Positions 36,066 to 48,000 of a stretch of DNA of 64,000 nucleotides are shown here, piece after piece (the first letter of the stretch is position 1; each line of letters begins with the position of its first letter). Below the pieces are notes generated by a model. That model made no database searches. It was not told where the DNA came from and saw only the letters and a list, made by a program, of their open reading frames with translations. Where the stretch lies: positions 3,968,001 to 4,032,000 of the forward strand of contig CATNEN010000007.1 of assembly GCA_950097015.1 (NCBI GenBank), read 5' to 3'. The translations under genes and the position numbers were made by a program. The stretch comes from Macrostomum hystrix. Taxonomy: Eukaryota; Animalia; Platyhelminthes.

Positions 36066-37864
36066 GCGCGTTGGAGTTTAGACTGCTTAATAGCTGACAC
36101 ACTAACCATATTGCTGGCTACCAGCCATTTGACTCATCATTATTAAGTACATCCGTGTGGATGGATCGATTGATTTTCTAGTTTCTACTGATAAGCAAAT
36201 AAGACTAATCTGTTTATAAGGGATTCTAGCCTCTAAAATTAGTAATCGCAGTCCAAATTATACAGTTCGCAAGTGTAAAACCCTGTGCCGCCACCATTGA
36301 ACCATTTTTCAGTTTTTTTTTATCCCTCTATAGAAAAGAGTAAAAACCAAAATGTGACTTTCTTTTTTTGAACACACTAAATCCTGATGAGTAGATAGAT
36401 GCGCATTATTTACTTGAAAATCATTTGAAATATAGCAGAACAATTTGGTGTCTGGAAGCAAGCTCAGTTTCGCCTTTTGTTCTCCAATCAACATCGTGTT
36501 CGTGGCGATTGACGGAAAAGCACTGTGAGAGCAATCCGAATTTTCAAATGCATGCCCCATATGTTTGTCATTTGACTGTAGCGTATAATGCCATAACAGA
36601 CTATTTAACTAGCAGCACCTCTTATTTTAACAGATTAGCTAAAGAAGATTTTTCGCCAACTATGTCCGTGTTGTATTTGTCTGTTGTACGTAAAGCTTGA
36701 CATGTTAGTTCTATTTTTAAATAAGAATTTCTCCTTCAGCCCGTCTGTCTGCTTTTGGGGGATCTAAACTTTTTTCGGGGAATAAAAACGACGGATTCAG
36801 AGGAGGCCCTAAAGTCGAATATCTGTGTGCCGCGTTTTCATTTAGCAAATAGAAAGCAGCCTTCTTGTCCAATTGCTTGCTACCTGTTGCTTTATTCACT
36901 TATTGATTACCTTAACGGTGATTTCCTTTGGCTAATTTCTCTCAATTCAGCCAGCCCGCACTCGCTGCTCTAAATCTGTGTGCTGCAAACTGCAACTTGC
37001 TTATTTGACTCGTCAATACTCTGCCTGTGTTCCCTGGCACCGCTTTATATATGTTTCGCATATGCTTATTTACTTATCTTTCTTTTAACCCGGGTGGCTG
37101 CTTGCTTGCTTAGCTTTTCTCGATTGGCCTGAGTAGTTTGAGTTATTTAAATTTAATGCCCAGCTCATCTGCCGCCTAGATACTGCCGCCTGTTTAGCCT
37201 TTGCCAGTTGTTCATCAATCAACTCAAGTGCTTTAGTCAGTTGTCTCCACTCTTCTCGCGACAACTCTCCTGTCCTTCTCTCTCCAAACTTTGCATTGAA
37301 TATTTAAGTGGGATAATTCGTTTTGGGACATGCATCCATAGATATGATTTTATAATCCTCAGTGCTTAGTGTTTTTCTTTCGTGTCCTACTGGTTCTCTG
37401 GGTTGTTTCATTTTTTGTTGTTTTTATTTGGGGAAAAATGAAGTTTCAATGTGTTTTTTTATTTTTTCTTTCTCGACAGTTAAATTTTAGGCAATGTGCG
37501 TGACACTGCCCGCGTGGGACTGACTAGTTAAAAAATAAATCATAAGTCAATCGTAAATCATTTGTCTTCATGTTTGTTGGACTCACGACGGTTTTCTTAT
37601 GTTGAGTACATTTTCTGTTATGAGTACGAGCTAATTTTTTGTCTAACTGTTACCCCTTTAGCACTTGCGCTACCCCAGGTTTAATATAGACTGACAAGTA
37701 GTTACATTACATTTAGAAGTGTGTATAGTGCATAGCTCCTAGCTCCTTTGTGCGTAAGTGCTTGTCGCGTAGAAAGGATTGCTAAGCGTTGCTAACAGAC
37801 AATTATTAGAATATGGCTAATGCCTGTGTTTTATTCAGTTCTCTCTTTATATTCCGTTCAGGTC

Positions 37865-38080
37865 CCTCCCTTCAGTTCTATGGCCCTCCAGCCCCACCTT
37901 CCCTTCAGTTCTATGGCCCTCCAGCCCCACCTTCCCTTCAGTTCTATGGCCCTCCAGCCCCACCTTCCCTTCAGTTCTATGGCCCTCCAGCCCCACCTTC
38001 CCTTCAGTTCTATGGCCCTCCAGCCCCACCTTCCCTTCAGTTCTATGGCCCTCCAGCCCCACCTTCCCTTCAGTTCTATG
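37865..38080. repeat. 33-bp minisatellite upstream of the EHBP1 start
   Basis: Unit ccctccagccccaccttcccttcagttctatgg. Confidence 0.9.
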
Positions 38081-38139
38081 GCATCCAGCCTCCAGTGATT
38101 AAAGACCTGAGCGCTGCCTTCGATTGCAGGCGTGACAGA

Positions 38140-41100
38140 ATGAGCGTCTGGAAGCGGCTGCAGCGGGTGGGCAAGAAGGCGGCCAAGTTCCAGCTGACCG
38201 CCTGCTATCACAGCCTCAGCGTGGACTGCGGCCGGGCTTACCAGCCCCACCGCCTGGTGGTGGTGTGGACGAGGCGCAACCGGCGCTACTCCACGGATCC
38301 GGCCGTATGGACCGCCAGCCTGGCCAATCCGCGCCAGTGCTGCGTGGCCTGGGAGCCGCCTGAGAATGTGGAGATCACCTCCATTCTGTACAGGGATCCC
38401 AAGCGGGAGGAATACGAGAGCAAGGAGTGGACATTTGTGCTCGAGGATCACATGGCCAACGGTAGGCGCAAGGCCATCGCCTCCCGGCCCGTGGATCTGC
38501 AAAAGCTCTGCCTAAGCAGCGGGGAGCCAAAGCAGACCCCTCTGACTGTGAAACTGAAGCCCGGAAGTAAAAAGGTGAGGATTGTAACCCCACCTGTAGG
38601 GTCTGCAACTGCCCCCTACCTGTGTAAACTGTGCCTGTAATTAACCTACCAGTGTAAACTGTGCCTGTAATTAACCTACCTGTGTAAACTGTGCCTGTAA
38701 TTAACCTACCTGTGTAAACTGTGCCTGTAATTAACCTACCTGTGTAAACTGTACCTGTGATTAACCTACCTGTGTAAACTGTGCCCGTGATTAACCTACC
38801 TGTGTAAACTGTACCTGTAATTAACCTACCTGTGTAAAATGTATCTGTAATTCCAACTCTCTTGTAAGTTGGCCCTGTCATTACCCTCCTCTCTCTAATA
38901 TGTGCTCATTCCTTCATCCGCCCAGGTGAGCTCGGCAACGCTGACCCTGACCCTGCACTCCGTGCTGCTCGACCGCGAAAAGGACGCCCAGGACGAGGAC
39001 ATGGTGTCCATAGCTTCGTTGATGTCGCTTAACGACAGCCGACGCGATTCCGGCGGCTTCGGTGGCCGTGCGAGAGCTCCCGCCGCGACTGGCGGCGAGA
39101 TTGCCAATCTAGGCGATTTCGACGACGAAGTTGACGTACCGATGCCCGACGATCACGATGCCAGCTTCAGCAGGCTGGTCGAAAAGCTTCGCGACTTGGA
39201 CGCCGATGTTGAATCGTCCAGACACGCCGACGACGAGTCGGCAGCGGCCACTCCAACCAATGACCGAGTTGTTCCCACTGTGCAGGCCGCCACCCTTGCT
39301 GAGTCACCCGCTGCCAAGCCTGTGGAACAGGAGTCCGGCTCAGCCGCTAGCCAGGTAGGGTGAGGGACTGCATCATCAGGGTGTCAGGTAGGGTGAGGGA
39401 CTGCATCATCAGGGTGTCAGGTAGGGTGAGGGACTGCATCATCAGGGTGTCAGGTAGGGTGAGGGGCTGCATCATCAGGGTGTCAGGTAGGGTGAGGGGC
39501 TGCATCATCATGGTGTCAGAAAGGGTGAGGGGCTGCATCATCAGGGTGTCAGGTAGGGTGAGGGACTGCATCATCATGGTGTCAGGTAGGGTGAGGGGCT
39601 GCATCATCAGGGTGTCAGGTAGGGTGAGGGACTGCATCATCAGGGTGTCAGGTAGGGTGAGGGGCTGCATAATCAGGGTGTCAGGTAGGGTGAGGGACTG
39701 CATCATCAGGGTGTCAGGTAGGGTGAGGGACTGCATCATCATGGTGTCAGGTAGGGTGAGGGGCTGCATAATCAGGGTGTCAGGTAGGGTGAGGGGCTGC
39801 ATCATCAGGGTGTCAGGTAGGGTGAGTGATAGCAGGCTAATGAGGCCTTACCGTACGGCAGATTCGAACTCGCGGCCAACCTCAATTCTCAATTAACCCA
39901 TTGAAAACTTTGAAGGATCTTCTGGCCTGGGCGCAGTCCGTCACAGCCGGCTACCGCGGCGTGTTCGTCAACAACCTGACGACATCGTTTCGCAACGGCC
40001 TAGCCTTCTGCGCCATCATTCATAGGCACCGGCCGGATCTGCTGGAATTTTCCAACCTTAAAGCCTTCGACATGCGCGAGAATAACAGGCGGGCGTTTGA
40101 GGCGGCGCATCAGCTTGGCGTGCCCAGGTAGGCCTGCCTCTGTGTTCTTCTCGGGCTAAGGTGTCAAGAATTTGCTGATAGACAGATCCTGGGATTAAAA
40201 TAATCTACCGCGACCCCCAGGGTGCTGGACCCGGCCGACATGGTGATGAAGAACATCCCTGACCAGCTGCTGGTCATGACCTTCCTGCACCAGCTGCGCG
40301 CCCACTTTACCAATCAGGAGATCCGGGTGGCTCGCCTGGGTGCCTCCGAGAGCAGCTACACCCTGGCCCAGCCCGACAGCGCCAAGGATCGGAGCCAGTC
40401 AGCTGACTCCTCCAAGCCAGCGGTCACGGCTGATTCGTCTCATCCTTCGTCCACGCCCGGGCCAGACGCGAAGTCGTCATTGTCGATGCCGAAGTCTAAA
40501 ACCGACTCCAGCATATCCGCAGCCGATGCTAAATTTGCCGCCTTGTCTGAGAAAGTCGCCGCCACTGTGCAGCCTTCGACTAGCGGCGACGGCTTCAAGG
40601 AGCTTCGGCAAGCTCGCGATCGCGATTTGGCTAAGCGCGCTGGCAGGCTGCTCAGCGGTTTCAACAATGACGGCAGCGTCAGGGAGCAGGTGCCGGCTGG
40701 CGCGGCTGTCCGACCCAGCGTAGCCAGCTTCCAGCTGAAGTCCGAGCTCAAGGCCCGGTCGCCCGCTAGCGCGTCCAGACCAACTGGCGATGCAGGTGCG
40801 CGCGTTGCATCTGGCAACAACACTGATGAGAACCGTACCGCCCCGGCAGACGGCGAGGAAGACGAAGACGATGACAAGGATGACGCGAGATCCTCCGTGC
40901 TGTCCAATTTCAACCGCGTATTGGACACTTCGGCCTACGTGGCTTCGGAGCGGCTGGCTCTGGAGGCTGAGCAGACTGAGATTGACGGTCAGGCAGTGGT
41001 GCTGGAGATCCACTTGAGGGGCATACTTTGCGCCACTGGCGGCCCCGCCTCCGCCTCCTCCAAGGACGAAGAGCAGACGCTGTTGACGCAGTGGTTCCAA

Positions 41101-42116
41101 CTGGTGCGTTGAGGTTTCTTTAGCGTTATGTTGGAGCTTAGATCGCTTTCATGATGGTTGGAGTGAGATTTTGAGACGGTTTTGATGTTTTTAGTGGGAT
41201 TTGATACCGCATGAACAGTAGAACTGCCAAGGGGGCAGGAATCCCCTGTGGCTATTTTTCTGCTGCACCCGAATGGAGCAACGCAAGCACACGAAACTCA
41301 AGAACACGGGCTAACTTTTTGTTGCCCATCTTCTGAAACAATAATCAAGTCGCCAGCTCTTCAGACCGTTGAGATATTCAATGGTTCTGTCCGAAGGACT
41401 GATTTTTCCCATAAGCGCTAGTTTATTTCATACACCCAATACACGAATTATCACTGCGCCTCAGTGCGGCCTTGCCAGGTCTTAAAAATTTATCAGCATG
41501 TCATCATCTCCGTCTTCGGTGGTCACCTACCTTTATCTAGAAGACCTGCTGGACGTTCAAGGGCTACAACAGGTGGAATTAGGCCACTATGGACACCCTG
41601 ACGCGAATATGTCCAATTTTACTGCTCCAAGTCACCACCCAACGTTGTTATCATTCAGGCGCTGCCAAAAAGTTTTAGGTGGTGGTATAAAAACGGGCGG
41701 CAAAATGGCTTCGTAGTCCACTGTTAATGGTTGGGCTTGTCCGGGATTGGATCAGCAGGTAAACGCCCTATCTTGCCTGCCAGGTGAACAAGAAGAACGC
41801 GCTGATCCAGCGGGCGCGCCAGCTGGACATGCTGGACCAGGAGCAGGACCTGGAGAAGCGCTATCGCATGCTAGAGCTGGAGCTGCGGGGCGCCATGAGC
41901 GTCGAGGACTGGCAGAAGACTGACGAGGAGCGCCGCAGGGAGGACCTGCTGCTGCGCGACCTCATGGACATTGTGCGCAAGCGGGACGACGTTGTGAGGC
42001 AGATGGACCTGCACGAGCGGGAGATTGTCAAGGATTTGGACATCGAGCGCAAAACTATGGAGCGCCTCAATAGGGCTGCCAGCGGCGGTGGCGGGCGGAC
42101 TTGCTCGCTGCAGTAG
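38140..42116 (+). CDS. EHBP1: EH-domain-binding protein 1-like; exons 38140-38574, 38926-39354, 39862-40127, 40221-41103, 41784-42116
   Basis: NT-C2 (MSVWKRLQRVGKKAAKFQ...SKEWTFVLE), CH domain (LLAW...FRNGLAFCAIIH...DL), bMERB coiled coil, C-terminal CaaX CSLQ; junction phases are consistent. Confidence 0.92.
38615..38850. repeat. 30-bp minisatellite, EHBP1 intron 1
   Basis: Unit ctgtgtaaactgtgcctgtaattaacctac. Confidence 0.9.
39351..39826. repeat. 33-bp minisatellite starting at the EHBP1 intron 2 donor
   Basis: Unit gtagggtgagggactgcatcatcagggtgtcag. Confidence 0.9.
41225..41545. repeat. Dispersed repeat fragment in EHBP1 intron 4, inverted homologue of ~59020-59330
   Basis: gctgcacccgaatggagcaacgcaagcacacgaaactcaagaac and cagtgcggccttgccaggtcttaaaaatttatcagcatgtca match the reverse complement of the 59 kb region. 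Confidence 0.75.
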
Positions 42117-43069
42117 CCGCCGAATTCGTCATTGATCTATTGTATCCTCCATGTACATGTCAATTCAGATTCAGATTTATATCTATTTACGATTTTCTAT
42201 AAACACATCAGGCCAACTGCCAGCTTCTAGTCTTGATCAGACATGGCCGACCTTTTTTATCATATTCTACCAGAGCTGAGCCAGCTTTATCGCTGCCTCT
42301 GTGAACTATTATACTATTAGCCTTTATGTTTTATCGATCCTTTAATTATACAGATCTGTTGTTCACAGATCCGACACAGAAGTCGTGTGCAATCATCTTC
42401 CCTTAACTGCTCTTGGTTTCCCTCAGATTTGCAGAGTGACTTTCTCGGCAGGCAAAGCAAATATGTCTGCTCGCGCATTCATTCAATTTTCCACTGCTTT
42501 TTGTTACATTGCTTTGTGGCTTCTAACTGTTTGCGGGCCAGCCTCGACTTCTCAATTTCATCTTCTGCTTCTGTACATTTAGAGTATACAGTTTCGGTCA
42601 TATTTATCGGTTCCTTTACTTGTAGGTTTAGTCTATTAAAATACTAGTTGAAAAATGTTTACTAAGTAGTATGTTGGGCTCTGTTTTTTTCAAGGATTTT
42701 TGTGCAGTTTAGACGGCAGTTGTGCCCACTGCATTATTTTCAAGATATTATGCTCCGCACGACACACATTGGGCCTGTTCTGAACTAACCCAGTTTTATA
42801 GCTTATATCGTCTGATATTTTATCGTTTTCTGTACTGACTGCTGTGCTGCTAACTGGCACTCTAAATGTAACCATCTCTTACCAGATTCCTAAATATATT
42901 TATGCTGGGTAACCATTTGACACAAATTAGTGATACTATTGTTTGCTTAGACCAATTGGCGCTTGCCGCTGTGCTTACGAGTATGTGGTTATATTATATT
43001 ATATTATTGATATTATTCTTCATATAATATAGCTCGACTAAATTTCTTAACTAACTCGCCTGACTGCTG

Positions 43070-43960
43070 GCCAACCTGTTAGACAGCTGGCCTGTCTGTT
43101 AGACAGCTAGCCTACCTGTTAGACAGCTAGCCTTCCTTTTATACAGCTAGCCTACCTGTTAGATAGCTAGCCTGTCTGTTAGACAGCTAGCCTACCTGTT
43201 AGACAGCTAGCCTACCTGTTAGACAGCTAGCCTACCTTTTATACAGCTAGCCTACCTGTTAGATAGCTAGCCTATCTGTTAGATAGCTAGCCTACCTGTT
43301 AGACAGCTGGCCTACCTGTTAGATAGCTAGCCTACCTGTTAGACAGCTAGCTTACCTTTTATACAGCTAGCCTACCTGTTAGACAGCTACCTGTTAGACA
43401 GCTAGCTTACCTTTTATACAGCTAGCCTACCTGTTAGACAGCTACCTGTTAGACAGCTAGCTTACCTTTTATACAGCTAGCCTACCTGTTAGACAGCTAG
43501 CTTACCTTTTATACAGCTAGCTTACCTGTTAGACAGCTGGCCTACCTGTTAGACAGCTAGCCTACCTTTTATACAGCTAGCCTACCTTTTATACAGCTAG
43601 CCTACCTGTTATATAGCTAGCCTATCTGTTAGATAGCTAGCTTATCTGTTAGACAGCTAGCCTACCTTTTATACAGCTAGCCTACCTGTTAGATAGCTAG
43701 CCTATCTGTTAGATAGCTAGCCTACCTGTTAGACAGCTGGCCTACCTGTTAGATAGCTAGCCTACCTGTTAGACAGCTAGCCTTCCTTTTATACAGCTAG
43801 CCTACCTGTTAGATAGCTAGCCTATCTGTTAGACAGCTAGCCTACCTGTTAGACAGCTACCTGTTAGACAGCTAGCTTACCTTTTATACAGCTAGCCTAC
43901 CTGTTAGACAGCTAGCCTACCTGTTAGACAGCTGGCCTACCTGTTAGACAGCTGGCCTAG
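43070..43960. repeat. 20-bp minisatellite (agctagcctacctgttagac family)
   Basis: Unit agctagcctacctgttagac with cttttatac variants. Confidence 0.92.
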
Positions 43961-45016
43961 ACAGCTGTAAGGCAACTCACTTTTCTTTAAGACATTTGAT
44001 ATCTGTAACAACCTTTTTTCTGCAAACACGCAAGTTTTGAGCAAAAATCTAAATGCAAGTTCATAAAAAATGCCAGCCCATGGTTAAGTGAGGCGCCTAT
44101 TTGTTATTGTTTGTTAACAATTTTCTGTATCAGTATATTAAGTCAGAATTTAAGATTCCATTGTACATACATGCGCATCATATTTACATATTCAAGCACC
44201 AACAAGAGAAAAAGAACATCAAAGTTAGTTAGCAAAGTCATTGCAGATGAACCAGCTAATTAGATTTCAAAGCTGAAAGCAAGTGTAGGTCCAACACCGC
44301 CGTTCATACACAGAAGATCAGTCCGTAAAACAACACAGCTGAGAGTAAAGATATGAAAATGCGCACACGAGTTCAAAGCACAACAACAGCAGCTTCAGAA
44401 ACTGCAGCAATTTGCTGTGATTTAACTAGATTGGTCCAACAGTAAGTAAGGACTAGCTTTAATTTAAATACATATTTTTATTGGAGATTTCAATAGAGAC
44501 TACTCATAGTAGGCCTCTAAAATATATTTAGAAAAAATAATCAAAACGAAAGTTAACTGAGGAAATCCAAGTCGTCACTGACTTAAGGCACAATGGTAAA
44601 AGCAACAGAGTTTTAATCTTGAGATTTAGCCTGTGTTATAAATTACTAAATAAATACAACACAAGGATTGCTTTTTTAATTTGACATTTAACTGTTCCAA
44701 AATACTCTTTGGTTGGGCAGCGTTGCCTGTAGGTCACTGGGTCACCAGCCAAGCCTAAAGTTGGAAAAATGTCATTATCTGTAGATTTAGATAGATAAAA
44801 TTAAATTTAAAGAAGTTAAAATTTTTGTAAAAGGTAAAGTAAAAAAGGAAATGCCAACACCTAGAACATATTTCAAGATAAAAACAAATTACAGCCACGG
44901 TAGAACAGTACTTGTACACCTGTCACCGAATTAATAAAAACACTATTCAGACTAGTAGACAACTTAAAATATTTGATTGAAATGATGTGCAGCACCGTAC
45001 CGTGCAACACCTGCTG

Positions 45017-48000
45017 CTACTGGACATGCATCTGGGAAAAATATGATTATTGTAATGCGATTACTTTTACAACTGGATCGCGAATAGGGTTTGTATACTG
45101 GTAGTTGCGGGAAAACTCAATAAGCTGGGGTCAAGAAACTTAAGATTGAAAAAATTAAGAAACTAGCGATTGTGAACAATTTAAAAACTAGCGATTGTGA
45201 ACAATTTGAGAAACTAGCGATTGTGAACAATTTGAGAAACTAGCGATTGTGAACGATTTGAGAAACTAGCGATTGGGAACAATTTGAGAAACTAGCGATT
45301 GGGAACAATTTGAGAAACTAGCGATTGTGAACAATTAATTTGAGAAACTAGCGATTGTGAACAATTTAAAAACTAGCGATTGTGAACAATTTGAGAAACT
45401 AGCGATTGTGAACAATTTGAGAAACTAGCGATTGTGAACGATTTGAGAAACTAGCGATTGGGAACAATTTGAGAAACTAGCGATTGGGAACAATTTGAGA
45501 AACTAGCGATTGTGAACAATTTGAGAAACTAGCGATTGTGAACAATTTGAGAAACTAGCGATTGTGAACAATTTGAGAAACTAGCGATTGTGAATAATTT
45601 GAGAAACTAGCGATTTTGAACAATTTGAGAAACTAGCGATTGTGAACAATTTGAGAAACTAGCGATTGTGAACAATTTGAGAAACTAGCGATTGTGAACA
45701 ATTTGAGAAACTAGCGATTGTGAACAATTTGAGAAACTAGCGATTGTGAACAATTTGAGAAACTAGCGATTGTGAACAATTTGAGTAACTAGCGATTGTG
45801 AACAATTTGAGAAACTAGCGACTGTGAACAATTTGAGAAACTAGCGATTGTGAACAATTTGAGAAACTAGCGATTGTGAACGATTTGAGAAACTAGCGAT
45901 TGGGAACAATTTGAGAAACTAGCGATTGGGAACAATTTGAGAAACTAGCGATTGGAAACAATTTGAGAAACTAGCGATTGTGAACAATTTAAAAACTAGC
46001 GATTGTGAACAATTTGAGAAACTAGCGATTGTGAACAATTTGAGAAACTAGCGATTGTGAACAATTTGAGAAACTAGCGATTGTGAATAATTTGAGAAAC
46101 TAGCGACTTTGAACAATTTGAGAAACTAGCGATTGTGAACAATTTGAGAAACTAGCGATTGTGAACAATTTGAGAAACTAGCGATTGTGAACAATTTGAG
46201 AAACTAGCGATTGTGAACAATTTGAGAAACTAGCGATTGTGAACAATTTGAGAAACTAGCGATTCTGAACAATTTGAGTAACTAGCGATTGTGAACAATT
46301 TGAGAAACTAGCGACTGTGAACAATTTGAGAAACTAGCGATTGTGAACAATTTGAGAAACTAGCGATTGTGAACGATTTGAGAAACTAGCGATTGGGAAC
46401 AATTTGAGAAACTAGCGATTGTGAACAATTTAAAAACTAGCGATTGTGAACAATTTGAGAAACTAGCGATTGTGAACAATTTGAGAAACTAGCGATTGTG
46501 AACAATTTGAGAAACTAGCGATTGTGAACAATTTGAGAAACTAGCGATTGTGAACAATTTGAGAAACTAGCGATTGTGAAAAATTTGAGTAACTAGCGAT
46601 TGTGAACAATTTGAGAAACTAGCGACTGTGAACAATTTGAGAAACTAGCGATTGTGAACAATTTGAGAAACTAGCGATTGTGAACAATTTGAGAAACTAG
46701 CGATTGTGAACAATTTGAGAAACTAGCGATTGTGAACGATTTGAGAAACTAGCGATTGGGAACAATTTGAGAAACTAGCGATTGTGAACAATTTAAAAAC
46801 TAGCGATTGTGAACAATTTGAGAAACTAGCGATTGTGAATAATTTGAGAAACTAGCGACTTTGAACAATTTGAGAAACTAGCGATTGTGAACAATTTGAG
46901 AAACTAGCGATTGTGAACAATTTGAGAAACTAGCGATTGTGAACAATTTGAGAAACTAGCGATTGTGAACAATTTGAGAAACTAGCGACTGTGAACAATT
47001 TGAGAAACTAGCGATTGTGAACAATTTGAGAAACTAGCGATTGTGAACAATTTGAGAAACTAGCGATTGTGAACAATTTGAGAAACTAGCGACTGTGAAC
47101 AATTTGAGAAACTAGCGACTGTGAACAATTTGAGAAACTAGCGATTGTGAACAATTTGAGAAACTAGCGATTGTGAACAATTTGAGAAACTAGCGATTGT
47201 GAACAATTTGAGAAACTAGCGATTGTGAACAATTTGAGAAACTAGCGATTGTGAACAATTTGAGAAACTAGCGATTGTGAATAATTTGAGAAACTAGCGA
47301 TTGTGAATAATTTGAGAAACTAGCGATTGTGAACAATTTGAGAAACTAGCGTTTGTGAACAATTTGAGAAACTAGCGATTGTGAACAATTTGAGAAACTA
47401 GCGATTGTGAACAATTTGAGAAACTAGCGATTGTGAACAATTTGAGAAACTAGCGTTTGTGAACAATTTGAGAAACTAGCGATTGTGAACAATTTGAGAA
47501 ACTAGCGATTGTGAACAATTTGAGAAACTAGCGACTGTGAACAATTTGAGAAACTAGCGATTGTGAACAATTTGAGAAACTAGCGATTTCTCAAGAAACT
47601 AGGAATTTTAAAGAAAAACTAGGGATTTGGAAGAAAAACAAAGGATTTGGAAGAACTCAAGAAAATAGGCATTTAAAATAATTCTAAAAATTAGGGATAC
47701 GAATGAAATAAACAAAATTAGGGATTTGAAAAAAATAAATGAAACTTCAAGAATCGCAGAAACTGTGATTTTTAGGGATATTAAATTAACTGAGGCTTTT
47801 GGAGAATTTGGGATACTAGAGAGTGGCATGGGAGAATTAAAGAAACTAGGGATTTCGGAGAATGACAGGTGTCACTCACCGCGGCTCTCCTGCCCTCGTG
47901 GTCCATGACCTGCTGAATCTGATAGTCTGTGAATTTCAGCACAGTGCAAATCACCCTGGCGAGGGTCTGGAATGCAAGTAAATTCAGAAAGTAAGCACAG

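Noticed and set aside
47640-47860. Scattered TTAGGG hexamers as an interstitial telomere
   Set aside because: Isolated hexamers within degenerate copies of the adjacent 26-bp satellite, not tandem telomeric repeats.
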